From Klebsiella phage vB_KmiS-Kmi2C, in the sequence record OP495736.1: DNA of 42,234 nucleotides; one strand, given 5' to 3'. The notes beneath the pieces are model-generated. The model searched no databases, was not told where the DNA came from, and was given only the letters and a program-made list of their open reading frames with translations. A program made the position numbers and the translations under genes. Shown here one piece after another: positions 8,669 through 18,793 of the stretch. The stretch's first letter is position 1, and each line of letters starts with the position of its first letter.

Positions 8669-11227
8669 TTAATCCTCGGATATGATACCGTTTATAAAGT
8701 CTTTATCATTAGCGTAGTAACGTGAATCGTAGTTAATCGCCCTGATTGTATTTGTATATGTCGTATCTGGTTCCTTTTCGCTTACAATAAACGCTAATTG
8801 TCGCGCATCATCGCTAGCTACTATCTGATAAACAGTTTTAGCATAGTTTTCTGAATTTGTCACTAATGGCAATCGTGGCGCGGTTTGTAATATTACTTTT
8901 TTATTTCCGCTGCCCACACTAACAGGAATGGATTCTACAGTAGCGTCGGAAAGCTGTAGAAAAATCGAATACGATTTACCAGCAATAAAATTAACAGGCT
9001 GCGATAATGTTAATTCTAAACCATTTACCGAATTAACTTCCCCTTCCATTATGATTGGGCGCGTATTATCAGAATTTAAAATTCGATCTGTTAAAAGAAG
9101 CAAGTTAGATTCATGAGTCGCTATAAATTCAGTAGTTATATTTTGATAAATAATTTTATTATACGCTCGCCATGCTAAAAAGTGAGCATGTACTTTAGAC
9201 CTTACGCCTACAGTATCAAGTTTTTTAGGGTTAACTGCCGATTGGTCAGCAGGTACATAATATGTAACCTTTGCGTCATCGTCAGGCGAAATGTAATCTA
9301 ATTCTATTCCGTCATTATCGTTAATATAACCAAATGTAGCCGTTCTGGTTTCCGAACCCGGCAATTTATTACGATGGTTAAAAAGCATAACACTAGAATT
9401 TGTTTCTTTTTCAAACGTTAGTTTTATAGAACTTCCGCGACGATAAGCCTTGCAAAAAACAGCATCGGCTATAGCTGTAGCCGTTTCCTCAAACGAAATA
9501 TTGTTATCATCAAAAGTGTAACAAAATTGCGCGGCTAAATCAGTTCCGAAATAGCTTCTAACTGAATCTATAGTGTTATAGATATTAGAAATATCAAGTT
9601 CGGACAATTGACGATTACCAATAGTTTTATCTAAAGCTACAGCGCAAAAAATATCGCTAGCTAAACTTGTTGGATATAGTTCTGAAGTAAAAGTGTTATC
9701 TGGATTACGGCGAGGTAATTCTCGCTCACACAAAAGCTTTGTTTTACGTTCTTTAATAGCTAATGCGCTAGCTGTTGAATAAGTGCGAGTACGCAAAATA
9801 GTTACATCGCCGAAGGAATACGAATATAGAGCTTCCACAGCATAAAGTTCAGTTACTTTAATCGTGTCGCTGTATTGGTCGCCAGAATGAGAGTTAGTTT
9901 CGCTTGTTCTTCTGATTCGTATTCTACAAGGGCCAGTAAATGAAGTAGCAAAATCGACCGTTACGCCTACAGCGTCGCGAGCAGTAGCCGAGCCGCTTAT
10001 TTCACCATCATATACTTGCGTTAATCCTGTAGGATTTCCGCTATTATCTATCTGGTTTATTTCAATCTGAAATGTAACCGTTTCTTTGTATTGGTTGCCT
10101 GAATTCTTGCCTACTCTATAAAGTCCATTATTAGCCCTAATATTAACTAAAATCCGGTTACGTTCTTTCATGGTCAAGTCAAACGGGCCAACCCATTTAA
10201 CCGAATCGGTCGTTAAGTGTGGGCTAAGATTTCCGGTTTTTTGACCGGGTAAAGTTGCTAAATCGTCCCAATTTGCATTTACAGATGAAGGGTTAGACAA
10301 AATTATTTGCGAGTTAGTTACAGATAAAATTGTATAAGTACCGTCTAAATTTTTACTTCCTGTTACAGGGTCAGTAAAATATGTAGAATTGGCTATAACT
10401 AAAATATCATTATCTGAAAAGTAATCGGTAAAATCTAAATCCGTATCGTCAGTATCTATTGTTTCAGGATATGAAAAATAAATATTATTATCACCAGTTA
10501 AATCACCGCTGTTAGCTGGCATTAAAGTTTGCCCCGTAACAGAAGACGAAGCTTTAACGTTATAAACAGGCTGACCGATAAACGTAGAGCCAATTGTATA
10601 ATAAGGGGTATCTGATACAACGTTAGCATTTGGCCTGTAAACCATCATAGAGTTACCGGAAATTTCATCGAATCCGGTTTCATCGTCGAAAGCGTCATAA
10701 ATAGAATAGGAACCTTGTCCAAGACACATAACAGCATGTTCTATCTCTTGAGCGCCTTGTAATGTCTTATATGGGACACAAGCTAAATCTGGAGTAGCTA
10801 ACAATTTGCCCACAATATAGGGTATTCTTTCGTTTGGTCGAGCTTCGTTTTGTCGGTCTGATAATGAGTTGTTAGCCGAACCGCTTTTTTGACTTTTAGA
10901 TTCGACAACTTGCGGCAATTTAGGCGCTAAGAAAAACGCGGCAGCAACAGCAACAACAGCGATAACCGCCGCGATAATTGCTACAGCGCCTTCAGGCCAT
11001 AAAACGCAAAAAATAACCCCATCCAATTCTGATAAAGCTTCAATATCCTTTTCATCAACTGGTGTTACTTCAGTCATCGTTGAAATATGGTTATGATAAA
11101 GCCTTGCATTATCAGGAAAAAATTCGAAACGATTAGCTAATGATTCTAAAAGATTGTCACTTTCTATAGTTTCCCATGTTTCGGAATCGTGAGGGTTATT
11201 GCAAATAACAAGCTTAATTGATTTCAT
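8669..11227 (-). CDS. Host-specificity / central tail-tip protein (lambda J-like). An I-like N-terminal region may be fused to it, and it contains a hydrophobic helix.
   Basis: 852-aa ORF following NlpC/P60 K-like gene in an M-L-K-J order. Hydrophobic segment GAVAIIAAVIAVVAVAAAFFLAP near residues 80-105. Confidence 0.5.
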   Translation of the reverse strand: MKSIKLVICNNPHDSETWETIESDNLLESLANRFEFFPDNARLYHNHISTMTEVTPVDEKDIEALSELDGVIFCVLWPEGAVAIIAAVIAVVAVAAAFFLAPKLPQVVESKSQKSGSANNSLSDRQNEARPNERIPYIVGKLLATPDLACVPYKTLQGAQEIEHAVMCLGQGSYSIYDAFDDETGFDEISGNSMMVYRPNANVVSDTPYYTIGSTFIGQPVYNVKASSSVTGQTLMPANSGDLTGDNNIYFSYPETIDTDDTDLDFTDYFSDNDILVIANSTYFTDPVTGSKNLDGTYTILSVTNSQIILSNPSSVNANWDDLATLPGQKTGNLSPHLTTDSVKWVGPFDLTMKERNRILVNIRANNGLYRVGKNSGNQYKETVTFQIEINQIDNSGNPTGLTQVYDGEISGSATARDAVGVTVDFATSFTGPCRIRIRRTSETNSHSGDQYSDTIKVTELYAVEALYSYSFGDVTILRTRTYSTASALAIKERKTKLLCERELPRRNPDNTFTSELYPTSLASDIFCAVALDKTIGNRQLSELDISNIYNTIDSVRSYFGTDLAAQFCYTFDDNNISFEETATAIADAVFCKAYRRGSSIKLTFEKETNSSVMLFNHRNKLPGSETRTATFGYINDNDGIELDYISPDDDAKVTYYVPADQSAVNPKKLDTVGVRSKVHAHFLAWRAYNKIIYQNITTEFIATHESNLLLLTDRILNSDNTRPIIMEGEVNSVNGLELTLSQPVNFIAGKSYSIFLQLSDATVESIPVSVGSGNKKVILQTAPRLPLVTNSENYAKTVYQIVASDDARQLAFIVSEKEPDTTYTNTIRAINYDSRYYANDKDFINGIISED

Positions 11228-11567
11228 AAAACGACACCTTTTTAAATCCTAATTTTAACGTTTCTAATAGTTCTAGTTTAACGCCGTCTTCGGTTATATG
11301 CAAAACTCTATCGTCTAAATATATGCCAACATGAGAAACATTTTTAGAATGTAACCAAACAACGCAAGGCGATTTTGGATGTTCAATCTTTTTTAGTTTT
11401 CGCAATTCTGAAAGTTTAACATTTCTTTCAGTCTTTGCTTTCATAAAACCGCTTAGTTGCAAAGATAAATCGTAATTAAATAAATCTTTCCACACTTCAG
11501 AAACAAAATGAGCGCAATTGTAGTTACGCTTATCGTAGATTTTATTTAAATAAATATCGGTATTCAT
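11214..11567 (-). CDS. NlpC/P60-family cysteine peptidase domain protein (lambda gpK-like minor tail protein)
   Basis: Cys-His-His arrangement: NCAHFVSEVW...WLHSK..HVGIY. Positioned between L-like and J-like genes. Confidence 0.6.
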   Translation of the reverse strand: MNTDIYLNKIYDKRNYNCAHFVSEVWKDLFNYDLSLQLSGFMKAKTERNVKLSELRKLKKIEHPKSPCVVWLHSKNVSHVGIYLDDRVLHITEDGVKLELLETLKLGFKKVSFYEIN

Positions 11568-12067
11568 AAGAAACCGCGCAAAGTTCTAAATGGGCCGCTA
11601 ACAGAATATGTTATTCCAGTTCTGTTTATATTAAGCGAAGGGGCTTTAGCTTCAAATGTAGCGCCATCACTTTTAAAAGAAAAGTTTTTAGCTTCGAGAA
11701 TTAACGGCCCGTTCATTGGTGAAGACAAATCATCCGAACGATATTCGCGATATAGAATGCGCGGCTTAATACCCATAGCGTTAGCCGCTCTTACACGGTC
11801 TAATTCATCGGGTATAATTTCACCTAAATCACCGAAATCTATTTTTAATGAAAAATCTAAATCCCCAACGTCACTTTGACTTGTGACTTTAACGGGATAA
11901 TATTCAAAAAATACATTTTCGCCAGTTTCTAAAGTTGCCCACAATCCATTCTTATTGTTTCTTACAATTCTGTACCAGCGACTAAAATTAGGATGCTGAA
12001 TTTCAAATGTCTGCAAATCGACAACGCGACTAGGTGAATTAAAGAAAAAACCTACATAATCAGCCAT
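11564..12067 (-). CDS. Minor tail protein (lambda gpL-like)
   Basis: Position after the M-like gene. Start ATG 12067 (MADYVGFFF) follows a gggga RBS. ATGGCTGA overlaps the upstream stop. Confidence 0.5.
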   Translation of the reverse strand: MADYVGFFFNSPSRVVDLQTFEIQHPNFSRWYRIVRNNKNGLWATLETGENVFFEYYPVKVTSQSDVGDLDFSLKIDFGDLGEIIPDELDRVRAANAMGIKPRILYREYRSDDLSSPMNGPLILEAKNFSFKSDGATFEAKAPSLNINRTGITYSVSGPFRTLRGFL

Positions 12068-12548
12068 TATAAGGAATCCCCGGAACATCATAATTAACTA
12101 GCTTATTAAGCAAATTAAGAATTTCCAAAGCGTCTTGTTCGCTACCATATTCGGTAATGAGCATAATAATAGCTTCGTCATATTCGTAATCATGTTCAAT
12201 AGCTTCTATCTCAAGCTGACAACCTACCGTGTAAGTATGCCCTTGTTGACCAGTTAAGCCCCAACTACCCGGAATAAAACGCGCCGTGTATTGTGTGGGC
12301 ATAGGGCTATCTAAAATTAAGTCAATTAGAAACGGTTCATTTCCGTTTTTAATGTTGACTAAATAAAATCTTCTTAAGTATTCGTAATTATCCGGGCCAA
12401 CAGTCCAAGAGCAAGTTACATCACTTGACGCATTTAAAATATCAACACGGAAGCGACTAGCGCCCCCGTCTAATTTTGTTGATATTGTTTCCTGACCTAC
12501 CGAAACCGAATAGCCTGATTGATTAGGTGGAATAACTAATTTATACAT
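12060..12548 (-). CDS. Minor tail protein (lambda gpM-like / distal tail)
   Basis: 162-aa ORF immediately downstream of the tape measure gene. Confidence 0.5.
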   Translation of the reverse strand: MYKLVIPPNQSGYSVSVGQETISTKLDGGASRFRVDILNASSDVTCSWTVGPDNYEYLRRFYLVNIKNGNEPFLIDLILDSPMPTQYTARFIPGSWGLTGQQGHTYTVGCQLEIEAIEHDYEYDEAIIMLITEYGSEQDALEILNLLNKLVNYDVPGIPYNG

Positions 12549-12549
12549 T

Positions 12550-15500
12550 TTAGCGTTTCCTCGGCGCGTTTATGTTTCGTTTTAATCCTTGCGATGTTTT
12601 GCTATTAGGGTCATCCATATCTTTACCAACTACGCCGGGGGCGTCACGTCTTACAACTTCGGTAGCAACATCGTTAGCGATTAACCTTACGGTATTTTCA
12701 TCAATTTGTTGTGCCGTGTAAGTTTGCGGAGTTCCATTATTGATAACTTCGATATTTATCCCGCCAGAATTGCTACCAGATGAACGGGAAACCGACGACA
12801 TAGACGAAGAACCGTTACGCAAGCTTTCTAAATTATCCGCGCCAATTCTGCTAGTTGAAGCGGCATCAAAAACATATTCTTTACCGTGTACAACACCAGC
12901 AACGGCGTTGGTTGCCATATTACCAGTATAGCCGCCGCTCTGAAAGCCGCCTAACGCCGACGCTGCTGCGATAGTTTCAGCTACTCCAAATGTTGCGAGC
13001 ATACCTGTACTTGCCGGGGCACTGTTACCGCCAAACGTAGCGAGGCTGGCTAACGCTGCTGCTGGCCCCCATGCGGTAGCCATAGCGGTAGCGGCTGGCA
13101 CTGTAGCAGCCACTGACGCCGCCATAGCTGACGTTTGAAGCGTTTGGCCCAATGCAGCATTAACCGCCCATTGTATACCTAATTGAACAAGCGACGAAAT
13201 CAGCGCCCCTATAGCGTTTTGAGCCACATTATACAAAGCATCGCTAAAGCTTGTTGTTCCTACAATTGCGCCGCCTATAGCATCGGCAAAGCCTTTAGTA
13301 AACGTTTCATTAAACTGGCTAAAAGAATCAGCCATTCCTTTCATAACGCCATCGAAAGAACTAGCTAAACTACCGACTGAAGATAAAACAACATCGGAAA
13401 AATTACCTTCGCCCATAGATAACTTCAGATTAGTAGCCTGAACTCCTAATTGATTCATACTACGAACAAAAGTATCTTGTGTAATAGCGCCATTGGCTAA
13501 CGCTTGCGTATAACCTTGTGCGGTTAAAGTTAATTGCCGCAAACCTTCGAGACCTTGCTTAGAAATATCATCCATAGCAGACTGCACTAGTTTAGCGTCT
13601 TCTAATGCCTGAATTTTATTACGCAAAGCTTTGGTTTGAGCGTCGGTTAAAGTAACGCCGTCAGAAAGCAACTTATTTTCGATTTGTTGCATTTGTGACG
13701 AAGTTCCGCGAGTGGCTGAACTTTCTTTAATCAATGCTAATTGTTGGTCTAATTCTTTATTTGTTTGCCGCAAAGGGTCAATAGTATTTAAATATTCTTC
13801 TTTAGCTTTTAAAACTACCCGGTTATATTGTTCCTGATTAATAGTACCTTTAGCTAACAAATTGTTAGCGGCTTCTAATGTCAGATTATAACCCTGATAC
13901 GTTTTAGTTATATCCCGAACAATAGAATCCTGAACTTTTTGTAATTCAGATTTAGGCGCTTTTTTAGTTTTCTTTTTTTTACCGCCTGTACCTTCTCCCG
14001 TAATATCAGGGCCAGCGCCGCGTAATTGGCTAGGCGCGTTTCCTGCTAATTGATCAATCATACGGTTAACTGCTCGACTTTGAGCGTTTTTCTCGATCTG
14101 GTCGGCCCATTCGCCTACCCAATCTTTAGCTGAAAGTTTAGCGCTATCTTCAATTTCAGGCTTTAATTGTCTTTGGAATCCAGACAAATCAATTTTCAAA
14201 CCAGTGTTAAAAATATCGCTTCCGCCTAATTTATTAGATGCAGCATTAGCGAGAGAAAACAATTTATCAAATGCACCCATAATGCCATTAATCATTGTTT
14301 GAACAACGTCTAAAACGGCATTAGAAACACGGGTGATAACATTTGACAAAATCGTAGGAAGATTATTCCAAGCATTAACGATTAATGTTTTGGCATTAAC
14401 AAAAAAGTTAATTATTGCGTTAATCTCGTCTTTTGTATTAGCGCCTAAAGTTTTTAAATCTTCCCACATACCGGAAAGCATATCGGAGAATGACGGCCCC
14501 CATGCATCAATAACAGGGGCGATAGCTGAAGCTAGAAAATCAGTCACCGTTTCGGCTACAGCCATGATTGTGTCAAATGCACCAACGGCATAATCTTTAA
14601 GCGTAAGGAAAGAACTACCAAAAACGTTAATTTCATCGCCAGCTAAAACGATATATGCAATCAAACTAGAAATAGCTACAGCAATTAAGCCAATTGGATT
14701 TCGGGCAAGTGCTAAAGTAAACGTAGTTACTGAACGTGTAGCATTAGCCATCATCGCAACAAATGAAGGCCCGAAATAAGTAACCATCGCAGCGCCAGCG
14801 ACGCCAGCGGCTACGGCTACACTATTTAAGTTTTGAGAAAGCGTAATTATAATGGAAGATAACGCCCTGCTAGCGCCCGTAGATTGGTCTAGCTGACCGA
14901 TAAATTGAATCCATTCATTTCGTAATACTGCTACAGACTGGCTTAATGTGGGAATAGTTTTAGCAAATTTCGCATCAACCAAACTTTCCATAATTTTAAA
15001 AGCATCATACATTACTTTAGCTGTAATTTTGCCTTCGGTAGAAAGTTGTTTAACGGCTGAAATAGGTTTATTTAAAGCTTTAGCTACAGCGTCTAAAACC
15101 ATCGGCATGTTTTCAGATATAGACCTGAATTCATCGCCTTGTAATTTACCAGCGTTAAAAGCTTGCGATAACTGCAAAAGCGCCGATGCGGATTCTTGAG
15201 CGGTAGCCCCTGAAACGATAAGACCTTTGTTAATTGTTTCGGTTAGTCTTAACGTGTCTTCTTGCGTTTTACCCATATATTTTAATGCGCGGTCAAAACG
15301 AGTAAACGCCGTAGCTGTTTCTTCTACAGGTGTGCGAGTTTTATTAGCTAAATCAAAAAGTCTTTCGCTTAATTGCAAAACTTGAGTTTGGGTGTCGGAA
15401 ACGTTTTGCAATTTATTATTTAAATTAGTGTATGCGTCGGCGGCACTAACAACAGCGCTTATAGATTGAACTACGCCTAAATAAGCGGTTAATTGTGTCA

Positions 15501-15936
15501 CCAGTGAGCGAATACTTGTTGATGACTGGTTAGCCGTCGAAGAAACCTTACTTTGAGCTTGCGCTAAACGCAATGCGGCGAGTTCTGCGCGGCTTTCTGC
15601 CGCTGCCGCTGCCGATGCTGCCGCGCTAGCTCGACTCAATGCAGCGTCAGCCCTGGCATTTGCAGCGGCTAGTTTCGCGTTAGCTGTAGTAAGTCTTGCG
15701 GCGGCGTTCGTTGCTCGCGTCATTCCAGCGTCAAGACGATTTAAAGCCGGAACAATTTTAGCTAATTCCGCGCTTAATTGTCCTAAACTACCAATAGAGC
15801 CTAATTCCTTTTTTAAACGTGCGAGCGCTGGCGATGCTTTATCGGAAGCATTAGCAAGACTAATAAACGAATTAGCGATTCTATCGGCTTGCGCTGACGC
15901 TTTATCCGTAATCTGAATATCAATATTATCGGCCAT
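12550..15936 (-). CDS. Tail tape measure protein
   Basis: 1128 aa. Long Ala/Gln-rich coiled-coil N-terminus. Hydrophobic central segments. Gly-rich C-terminal region. Position after the tail assembly chaperones. Confidence 0.9.
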   Translation of the reverse strand: MADNIDIQITDKASAQADRIANSFISLANASDKASPALARLKKELGSIGSLGQLSAELAKIVPALNRLDAGMTRATNAAARLTTANAKLAAANARADAALSRASAAASAAAAAESRAELAALRLAQAQSKVSSTANQSSTSIRSLVTQLTAYLGVVQSISAVVSAADAYTNLNNKLQNVSDTQTQVLQLSERLFDLANKTRTPVEETATAFTRFDRALKYMGKTQEDTLRLTETINKGLIVSGATAQESASALLQLSQAFNAGKLQGDEFRSISENMPMVLDAVAKALNKPISAVKQLSTEGKITAKVMYDAFKIMESLVDAKFAKTIPTLSQSVAVLRNEWIQFIGQLDQSTGASRALSSIIITLSQNLNSVAVAAGVAGAAMVTYFGPSFVAMMANATRSVTTFTLALARNPIGLIAVAISSLIAYIVLAGDEINVFGSSFLTLKDYAVGAFDTIMAVAETVTDFLASAIAPVIDAWGPSFSDMLSGMWEDLKTLGANTKDEINAIINFFVNAKTLIVNAWNNLPTILSNVITRVSNAVLDVVQTMINGIMGAFDKLFSLANAASNKLGGSDIFNTGLKIDLSGFQRQLKPEIEDSAKLSAKDWVGEWADQIEKNAQSRAVNRMIDQLAGNAPSQLRGAGPDITGEGTGGKKKKTKKAPKSELQKVQDSIVRDITKTYQGYNLTLEAANNLLAKGTINQEQYNRVVLKAKEEYLNTIDPLRQTNKELDQQLALIKESSATRGTSSQMQQIENKLLSDGVTLTDAQTKALRNKIQALEDAKLVQSAMDDISKQGLEGLRQLTLTAQGYTQALANGAITQDTFVRSMNQLGVQATNLKLSMGEGNFSDVVLSSVGSLASSFDGVMKGMADSFSQFNETFTKGFADAIGGAIVGTTSFSDALYNVAQNAIGALISSLVQLGIQWAVNAALGQTLQTSAMAASVAATVPAATAMATAWGPAAALASLATFGGNSAPASTGMLATFGVAETIAAASALGGFQSGGYTGNMATNAVAGVVHGKEYVFDAASTSRIGADNLESLRNGSSSMSSVSRSSGSNSGGINIEVINNGTPQTYTAQQIDENTVRLIANDVATEVVRRDAPGVVGKDMDDPNSKTSQGLKRNINAPRKR

Positions 15937-15945
15937 AAATATAAC

Positions 15946-16377
15946 CTAAAATTTAAATTTAAGTTTGCTCGCGTATGCTTTGCCCACAATTACCGCACGT
16001 TCTACAAATCCGGCTGGGGCTTGCTTAGAGCTTCCGTTATTAAGTTCTGTAATATAATCAGCGTTGTTAGTAATAAAGATTGTTTCGCCGGGTTTCTTTT
16101 TGCTTATATTTCTTTCGGCTTCCGCTATAGTTTCGGCTACACTTTTTGTATAAGTGCTTCCGTAAATTCCGGGATAATGCGGTTCAACTTCTGAAGGGTA
16201 AGGCGCTATTAATGTAGCTTTCCAGTTAGAGATTGCTTTAGAAGTGTCTACAGGGGTAGTTTGAGCAAGTTCCTTTATAACTTCTAAGGCGGTGCCTTTC
16301 GCGAATTCATTAGCTTGTAAAGGAATCGACTTAGCCGCTTTTCTTAACTTTGCTGACAAATCGCGAAAGGTCGCCAT
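15946..16377 (-). CDS. Hypothetical tail-associated protein. It weakly resembles the HK97 gp10 family (PVDTSKAISNW).
   Basis: 143-aa ORF inserted between the chaperone T segment and the tape measure gene. Confidence 0.35.
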   Translation of the reverse strand: MATFRDLSAKLRKAAKSIPLQANEFAKGTALEVIKELAQTTPVDTSKAISNWKATLIAPYPSEVEPHYPGIYGSTYTKSVAETIAEAERNISKKKPGETIFITNNADYITELNNGSSKQAPAGFVERAVIVGKAYASKLKFKF

Positions 16378-16381
16378 GTTT

Positions 16382-16738
16382 TTATTTCCTTCTTCGTTTC
16401 TGGTTATGCTTACCTTTATCGATATTGTTAATCGATTTATTTTTGCTTATTAGTTTTGCTACGTGCGCTTTATCCATTTCTCTAACCAAATAAACTAAAT
16501 CTTCGGTTTGTTCAGCGTCAAAATCATAACAAGCTGCATAATCAAAAATTCGAATTAACGGTATTCTTTCGGGTCCGAAGGCGTTAGAACGTTCCGAATC
16601 TAATTCTAAAAACGCTTCTAAGTATAACGCTAATCCCGGTCGAAGTTCTGGCGCATTTTGGATTCGTTCAGGTATCGGCTTTCCTTCACGAACGGCCTGT
16701 TTAACTAATTGTTGCTCTATTGGGCCGATTTCAACCAT
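16382..16738 (-). CDS. Tail assembly chaperone T-like segment. It is probably made only as a G-T fusion by a -1 frameshift.
   Basis: The frame stays open 45 nt upstream of its ATG and overlaps the last 9 codons of the upstream chaperone ORF. No RBS before ATG 16738. The tail is strongly basic (KGKHNQKRRRK). Confidence 0.55.
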   Translation of the reverse strand: MVEIGPIEQQLVKQAVREGKPIPERIQNAPELRPGLALYLEAFLELDSERSNAFGPERIPLIRIFDYAACYDFDAEQTEDLVYLVREMDKAHVAKLISKNKSINNIDKGKHNQKRRRK

Positions 16739-16755
16739 ATACGCCAGAAATTCTA

Positions 16756-17178
16756 TTAGTTTTTTGCTTCTTCCTTCAATTGTTCATCGCGGAATAAAGC
16801 AATATCGGAAGCTTGCTCGGACAATTCCCGATAAAGTTCCGGTAGTTCAGTCATTAGTTTATATGCCGTGTCCTGATTAAACGGCAATACTTCGTTAAAC
16901 TGGTCGCGAACGTTAGACCAACCTTTTAGAATGGTCTTACAGAAGACGCGTTTTAAAATGTCTTCCGAAATCTTTTCGCTTAACGTTCCTTGTTGAAGCT
17001 GGCGCCGATAAGGGCGGGTAGCTTCCTCAAGCGCTTTTTGATACGCTTTATTAGCTCCCCCCATTCGCGCTACAACGAAACTAATAACTGAATTGTCGTC
17101 GTCATTAACACCAACTTCAATTGTTGCGCCAGTCGATTCTTTATCTTGATTAGTTGCATATTGGGAATATAAAGACAT
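16756..17178 (-). CDS. Tail assembly chaperone (lambda gpG-like)
   Basis: 140 aa, acidic, between the major tail gene and the tape measure. Ends ...QLKEEAKN with the slippery heptamer A_AAA_AAC just before the stop. Confidence 0.6.
   Translation of the reverse strand: MSLYSQYATNQDKESTGATIEVGVNDDDNSVISFVVARMGGANKAYQKALEEATRPYRRQLQQGTLSEKISEDILKRVFCKTILKGWSNVRDQFNEVLPFNQDTAYKLMTELPELYRELSEQASDIALFRDEQLKEEAKN
16759..16765 (-). other. Candidate -1 programmed ribosomal frameshift site A_AAA_AAC (minus-strand sequence) joining the chaperone G and T frames
   Basis: Plus strand gttttttgc is gcaaaaaac on the minus strand. Zero frame reads gca aaa aac taa. The -1 frame reads agc aaa aaa cta and continues into ORF 16382..16738. 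Confidence 0.55.
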
Positions 17179-17195
17179 TTTTATTTATCCTCATT

Positions 17196-17230
17196 AATTA
17201 AAAAAGGCCGGAATTACCCGGCCTTTTAAT
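17196..17230 (-). terminator. Rho-independent terminator after the major tail protein gene
   Basis: GGCCGG aattac CCGGCC stem-loop followed by T6 on the minus strand. Confidence 0.65.
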
Positions 17231-17240
17231 ACTAGCTTGT

Positions 17241-18782
17241 TTATTGCGGCATTGCAATATTCGGAAGATAGTTAAAACCGACATATAGCAAGGTATAGCC
17301 ATTTTCGTTTTCTTCGCCAGCAGGTTCAAGCGGTAGCATAACAGGTTCGTCTTTAGCAACATCGAGACGACCGCCGCCGCAACCTAAAAGCGGGATATCG
17401 AAAATAAAGCCTTTGTTATCGTGGGCAAAAATAGCATTTAACGCAATATCGGCATTATTACGAATAGCTCGAAGCGCTTCTACAGTCTGGAAATAGGCAG
17501 TTACTGAACCGCCTACCTCAAATTGCCCCGCGCTAATATCAAACGCGCCTAAAACACCGATTGCCTTATTAGCAGTTAAATTATTGTTAACTGTAATAGT
17601 GCCTTCGGAAATATAAGCAAAAAGCGCATCGGGATTTGATGACGTAGGGTCATCAATGTTCATTTTAAAGCGATAGACATTTGACGCCGTGTTATACGGG
17701 TCTTCAATAGCCACTGGCAAGCGAGTACCAGTTAAAATTTCATCGCCAGCGTCACCAGTTCGATAATACATATCGCAACCAGTGTATGAAATGTCAATGT
17801 TAATTAGTTCAGCTTGCGAAAGATTTAAGGTTAGCTCGCTGGCAACAGCCCCGGTTAAATATTCGGCTTGAGTGCTAACCGCCCCTTCGCCTAACTGACG
17901 TTCAAAGGTGTAAGAACGTTGTTTAATTAAAGAGCGTTCTTTTTCGTTTTTGATTACAACCCCGGCAAAGAATTTAATACTTTTCCCGGTTCCGCTTTCG
18001 TTTGACGGCGTAAAAGTAGTATCGTCAAACGAAACAGACTTAGCCGTAACCGATTTAATACGAACATAGCCCACATTATTAGCGAAACGGCTTGTAGCGT
18101 CATCACCGCCTAAGAACAACCAGTTACCCGGAATAAAGTTAGGGAACGTGGTAAAATCGGTAGTTGTTGAAATAATAGATGGAATACCATCGACAACAGC
18201 AAAGTTAACATCATCGGCTAAAAGCTGACCACCTACGCGACTAAATTTAGCGGTGGCTGGCGGAGCGGCTTCGTCTACTAAAGTTTCGGAAACAACAACA
18301 GCCGTAGCTGTAGACGAAACAACAGTTTTTAAACCATTATTACTTGCATTAGCAAACCCTTCGGCAAAAATAATTTGCCCCGCTACGAAATTAGTTCCGC
18401 CTGAAGCCAATGCATAAGTTTTATCGGCAGCAGTAACGCCAGTAATGGCGATTTGTGCGCCATTAAGCGGAGCAGTCGAAGAAGGTTCGCGAGCATCGGC
18501 AAACAAAAAGCCTTGCAGCAGTCGCGTAATATTGGAAACGGTAAAGTTTTGATTAATACCGCCTGAAGCGTCTAAATCGGTAATATTACCTTTTTTACGC
18601 TGGCGAGAAGCGGTAATAGGTTCAGCAGAAACGCGAGTATAATCACCGCCGAAATCACTATATTCATTCGGTTCGAGATTATACCAAATAGGCGTAGCTG
18701 GTAGTTGTTTTAAACATTCTTCTTCGGCATAAGCTAAAGAAGTGATATTAGAATCAATTTTGTTAATCGGGCAATCTGACAT
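17241..18782 (-). CDS. Major tail (tube) protein, large at 513 aa, probably with an extra Ig-like domain
   Basis: Sits between the tail-completion genes and the chaperones. A terminator follows, which suits an abundant protein. Ser/Thr/Gly/Ala-rich. Confidence 0.45.
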   Translation of the reverse strand: MSDCPINKIDSNITSLAYAEEECLKQLPATPIWYNLEPNEYSDFGGDYTRVSAEPITASRQRKKGNITDLDASGGINQNFTVSNITRLLQGFLFADAREPSSTAPLNGAQIAITGVTAADKTYALASGGTNFVAGQIIFAEGFANASNNGLKTVVSSTATAVVVSETLVDEAAPPATAKFSRVGGQLLADDVNFAVVDGIPSIISTTTDFTTFPNFIPGNWLFLGGDDATSRFANNVGYVRIKSVTAKSVSFDDTTFTPSNESGTGKSIKFFAGVVIKNEKERSLIKQRSYTFERQLGEGAVSTQAEYLTGAVASELTLNLSQAELINIDISYTGCDMYYRTGDAGDEILTGTRLPVAIEDPYNTASNVYRFKMNIDDPTSSNPDALFAYISEGTITVNNNLTANKAIGVLGAFDISAGQFEVGGSVTAYFQTVEALRAIRNNADIALNAIFAHDNKGFIFDIPLLGCGGGRLDVAKDEPVMLPLEPAGEENENGYTLLYVGFNYLPNIAMPQ

Positions 18783-18793
18783 ATAAAACCTCG

